Assembly: GCA_020061105.1 (NCBI GenBank)
Contig: JAGUYW010000031.1
Coordinates: forward strand, 931-64,930
Origin: Anaerolineales bacterium
GTDB taxonomy: Bacteria; Chloroflexota; Anaerolineae; Anaerolineales; UBA4823
Direction: 5' to 3'
DNA: 64,000 nucleotides
Under the pieces are notes generated by a model, which saw only the letters and a list, made by a program, of their open reading frames with translations, had not been told where the DNA came from and searched no databases. Below are positions 62,971-64,000 of this stretch, piece after piece (the first letter of the stretch is position 1; the number at the start of each line of letters is the position of its first letter). A program made the translations under genes and the position numbers.

Positions 62971-64000
62971 AATTACTTGCAGCAACTGCCGCCGACGCTA
63001 TTCTGAGCAGCAGGTTGCCCCACTCTGCCCGGTCTGTGGCGGAATTTATCACTTAAGCGGGTTGTTTTTCGATCCGGCGCAGGTGGATGAAAGCCAAGCG
63101 GGTGTGTGGCGCTATCGCCCGATGTTAGGGCTGCCAGAGAATGCGCCGATGATCAGCTTGGGGGAGGGCAATACCCCGTTGGTGTGGCGCGAAGTGTTCG
63201 GACACCGGTTAGCTTTTAAACTTGAGAACTTGAACCCGACCGGCTCATACCAGGATCGTGGCAGCGCGGTGTTGTTAAGCTTTCTGCGCAGCCAAGGCGT
63301 GCAAGCGGCGCTGGAAGACTCGTCAGGCAACGCCAGTGTTTCGTTCGCCGCTTATGCAGCCCAGTGCGGGATCCAGGCGCAGGTGTTCCTGCCCGATTCA
63401 ATCGCCGCGCCTAAGCGTAAGCAGATCGAGGCATATGGGGCGCAGATCCAGTGGATATTGGGGCGACCGTCGCAGGTGCAAGAAGCTGCCTTACGAGCCG
63501 CGAAGGAATGGGTTGTGTATGCCAGCTATGCAGCGACGCCTTTTGTTTTACCAGCCTATGCGACGATTGCTTATGAACTCGTTCAGCAGCTGGGTAGGGC
63601 GCCTGGGGCGGTAATTGCCCCGGTGGGCCACGGCAACCTGCTTTTGGGGCTGGGAATGGGCTTTCAAGCCTTACTGTCAGTGGGCATGATCGAACAAGCG
63701 CCGCGACTGGTGGGGGTGCAGGCGCTGGCTTGCGCGCCGTTGTGGGCGGTCTACCAATATGGGATGCAGGGCATGGGCTGGGTGACAGAAGGGGAGACAC
63801 TGGCAGTGGAAGTGCGGGTGCGCTTCCCAAGGCGCGGCGATGCGCTGCTGCAGATGCTGGCCCAGAGCGGGGGCGAGTTGGCGGTGATTGAGGAAGACGA
63901 GATCATGGCGGCTCGCGACTCATTCGAGCAGTTGGGGTTATTTATTGAGCCGAGCTCGGCAATTGTCTGGCGCGCCCTGCAAGATGCGGTTGGGCGCTTG
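62960..64000 (+). CDS. Threonine-synthase-like PLP-fold protein with N-terminal zinc ribbon, 3' end cut by the window; Lys-to-Gln at the expected PLP site
   Basis: It is not in the ORF track because there is no stop before the window end. The ATG 62960 frame is open for 347 codons. It encodes CSNC...CPVCGG, GEGNTPLV, FKLENLNPTGSYQDRG (canonical is SFKDRG), SSGNASVSFAAYAA and GHGNLLLG. It overlaps the moaDE stop by 11 nt. Confidence 0.7.
   Translation, partial: MTIEITCSNCRRRYSEQQVAPLCPVCGGIYHLSGLFFDPAQVDESQAGVWRYRPMLGLPENAPMISLGEGNTPLVWREVFGHRLAFKLENLNPTGSYQDRGSAVLLSFLRSQGVQAALEDSSGNASVSFAAYAAQCGIQAQVFLPDSIAAPKRKQIEAYGAQIQWILGRPSQVQEAALRAAKEWVVYASYAATPFVLPAYATIAYELVQQLGRAPGAVIAPVGHGNLLLGLGMGFQALLSVGMIEQAPRLVGVQALACAPLWAVYQYGMQGMGWVTEGETLAVEVRVRFPRRGDALLQMLAQSGGELAVIEEDEIMAARDSFEQLGLFIEPSSAIVWRALQDAVGRL

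Noticed and set aside
1-64000. Looked for CRISPR arrays, tRNA/rRNA genes, transposases, integrases, terminal inverted repeats and prophage genes.
   Set aside because: No regularly spaced repeats, no cloverleaf-like sequences in the intergenic gaps and no recognisable mobile-element proteins were seen. By-eye scanning can miss small RNAs, so this is absence of evidence only.

Overview
Densely coded (about 90%), moderately GC-rich bacterial chromosomal segment with no rRNA, tRNA, CRISPR array, transposase or integrase that I could recognise. All calls rest on reading motifs in the supplied translations and the raw DNA; no database search was run. Gene content (many giant GT-C/YfhO-like membrane proteins, MoxR-DUF58 modules, an aroH-led aromatic operon) suggests a Chloroflexota/Anaerolineae-like organism, but that is only an inference.

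Layout:
- 1-2.6 kb: pgeF-yggS-yggT-yggU housekeeping cluster.
- 2.6-5.9 kb, minus strand: coiled-coil zinc-ribbon protein plus a membrane-anchored NACHT-HEAT STAND NTPase.
- 5.9-17.6 kb: NRPS-like loading enzyme (PaaK-like + A + PCP), then three tandem giant polytopic GT-C/YfhO-like membrane proteins, then MoxR-DUF58.
- 17.6-20 kb: XRE-cupin and TetR regulators, and DegV.
- 20.6-28.9 kb: redox island bracketed by paralogous XRE-cupin regulators. It holds an HdrD/DsrK-like FeS protein, a NarI/DsrM-like cytochrome b, an NrfC/DsrO-like ferredoxin, an NrfD/DsrP-like protein fused to a hexaheme c domain, a triheme cytochrome c, a NifX-like protein and a nitroreductase.
- 29-31.7 kb: two lipoproteins.
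- 31.7-42.3 kb: a shikimate-to-tyrosine operon preceded by a Tyr-rich leader peptide plus terminator, with a lipoprotein serpin embedded in it.
- 42.3-45.8 kb, minus strand: four genes.
- 45.8-51.9 kb: ndh-moxR-DUF58-DUF4129-HDAC operon.
- 52-55.8 kb: NYN-LOTUS protein, OsmC, HD hydrolase, methyltransferase.
- 55.8-61.7 kb, minus strand: fabD, rpmF, a fourth giant membrane protein, prfB (canonical +1 frameshift, missed by the ORF track) and ftsY.
- 61.8-64 kb: moaC, a moaD-moaE fusion and a ThrC-like gene whose PLP lysine codon reads Gln.

Best candidates for undescribed biology:
1. The DsrMKOP-like module with its NrfD-hexaheme fusion.
2. The carrier-protein loading enzyme coupled to tandem GT-C membrane proteins.
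3. The Tyr-codon attenuator.
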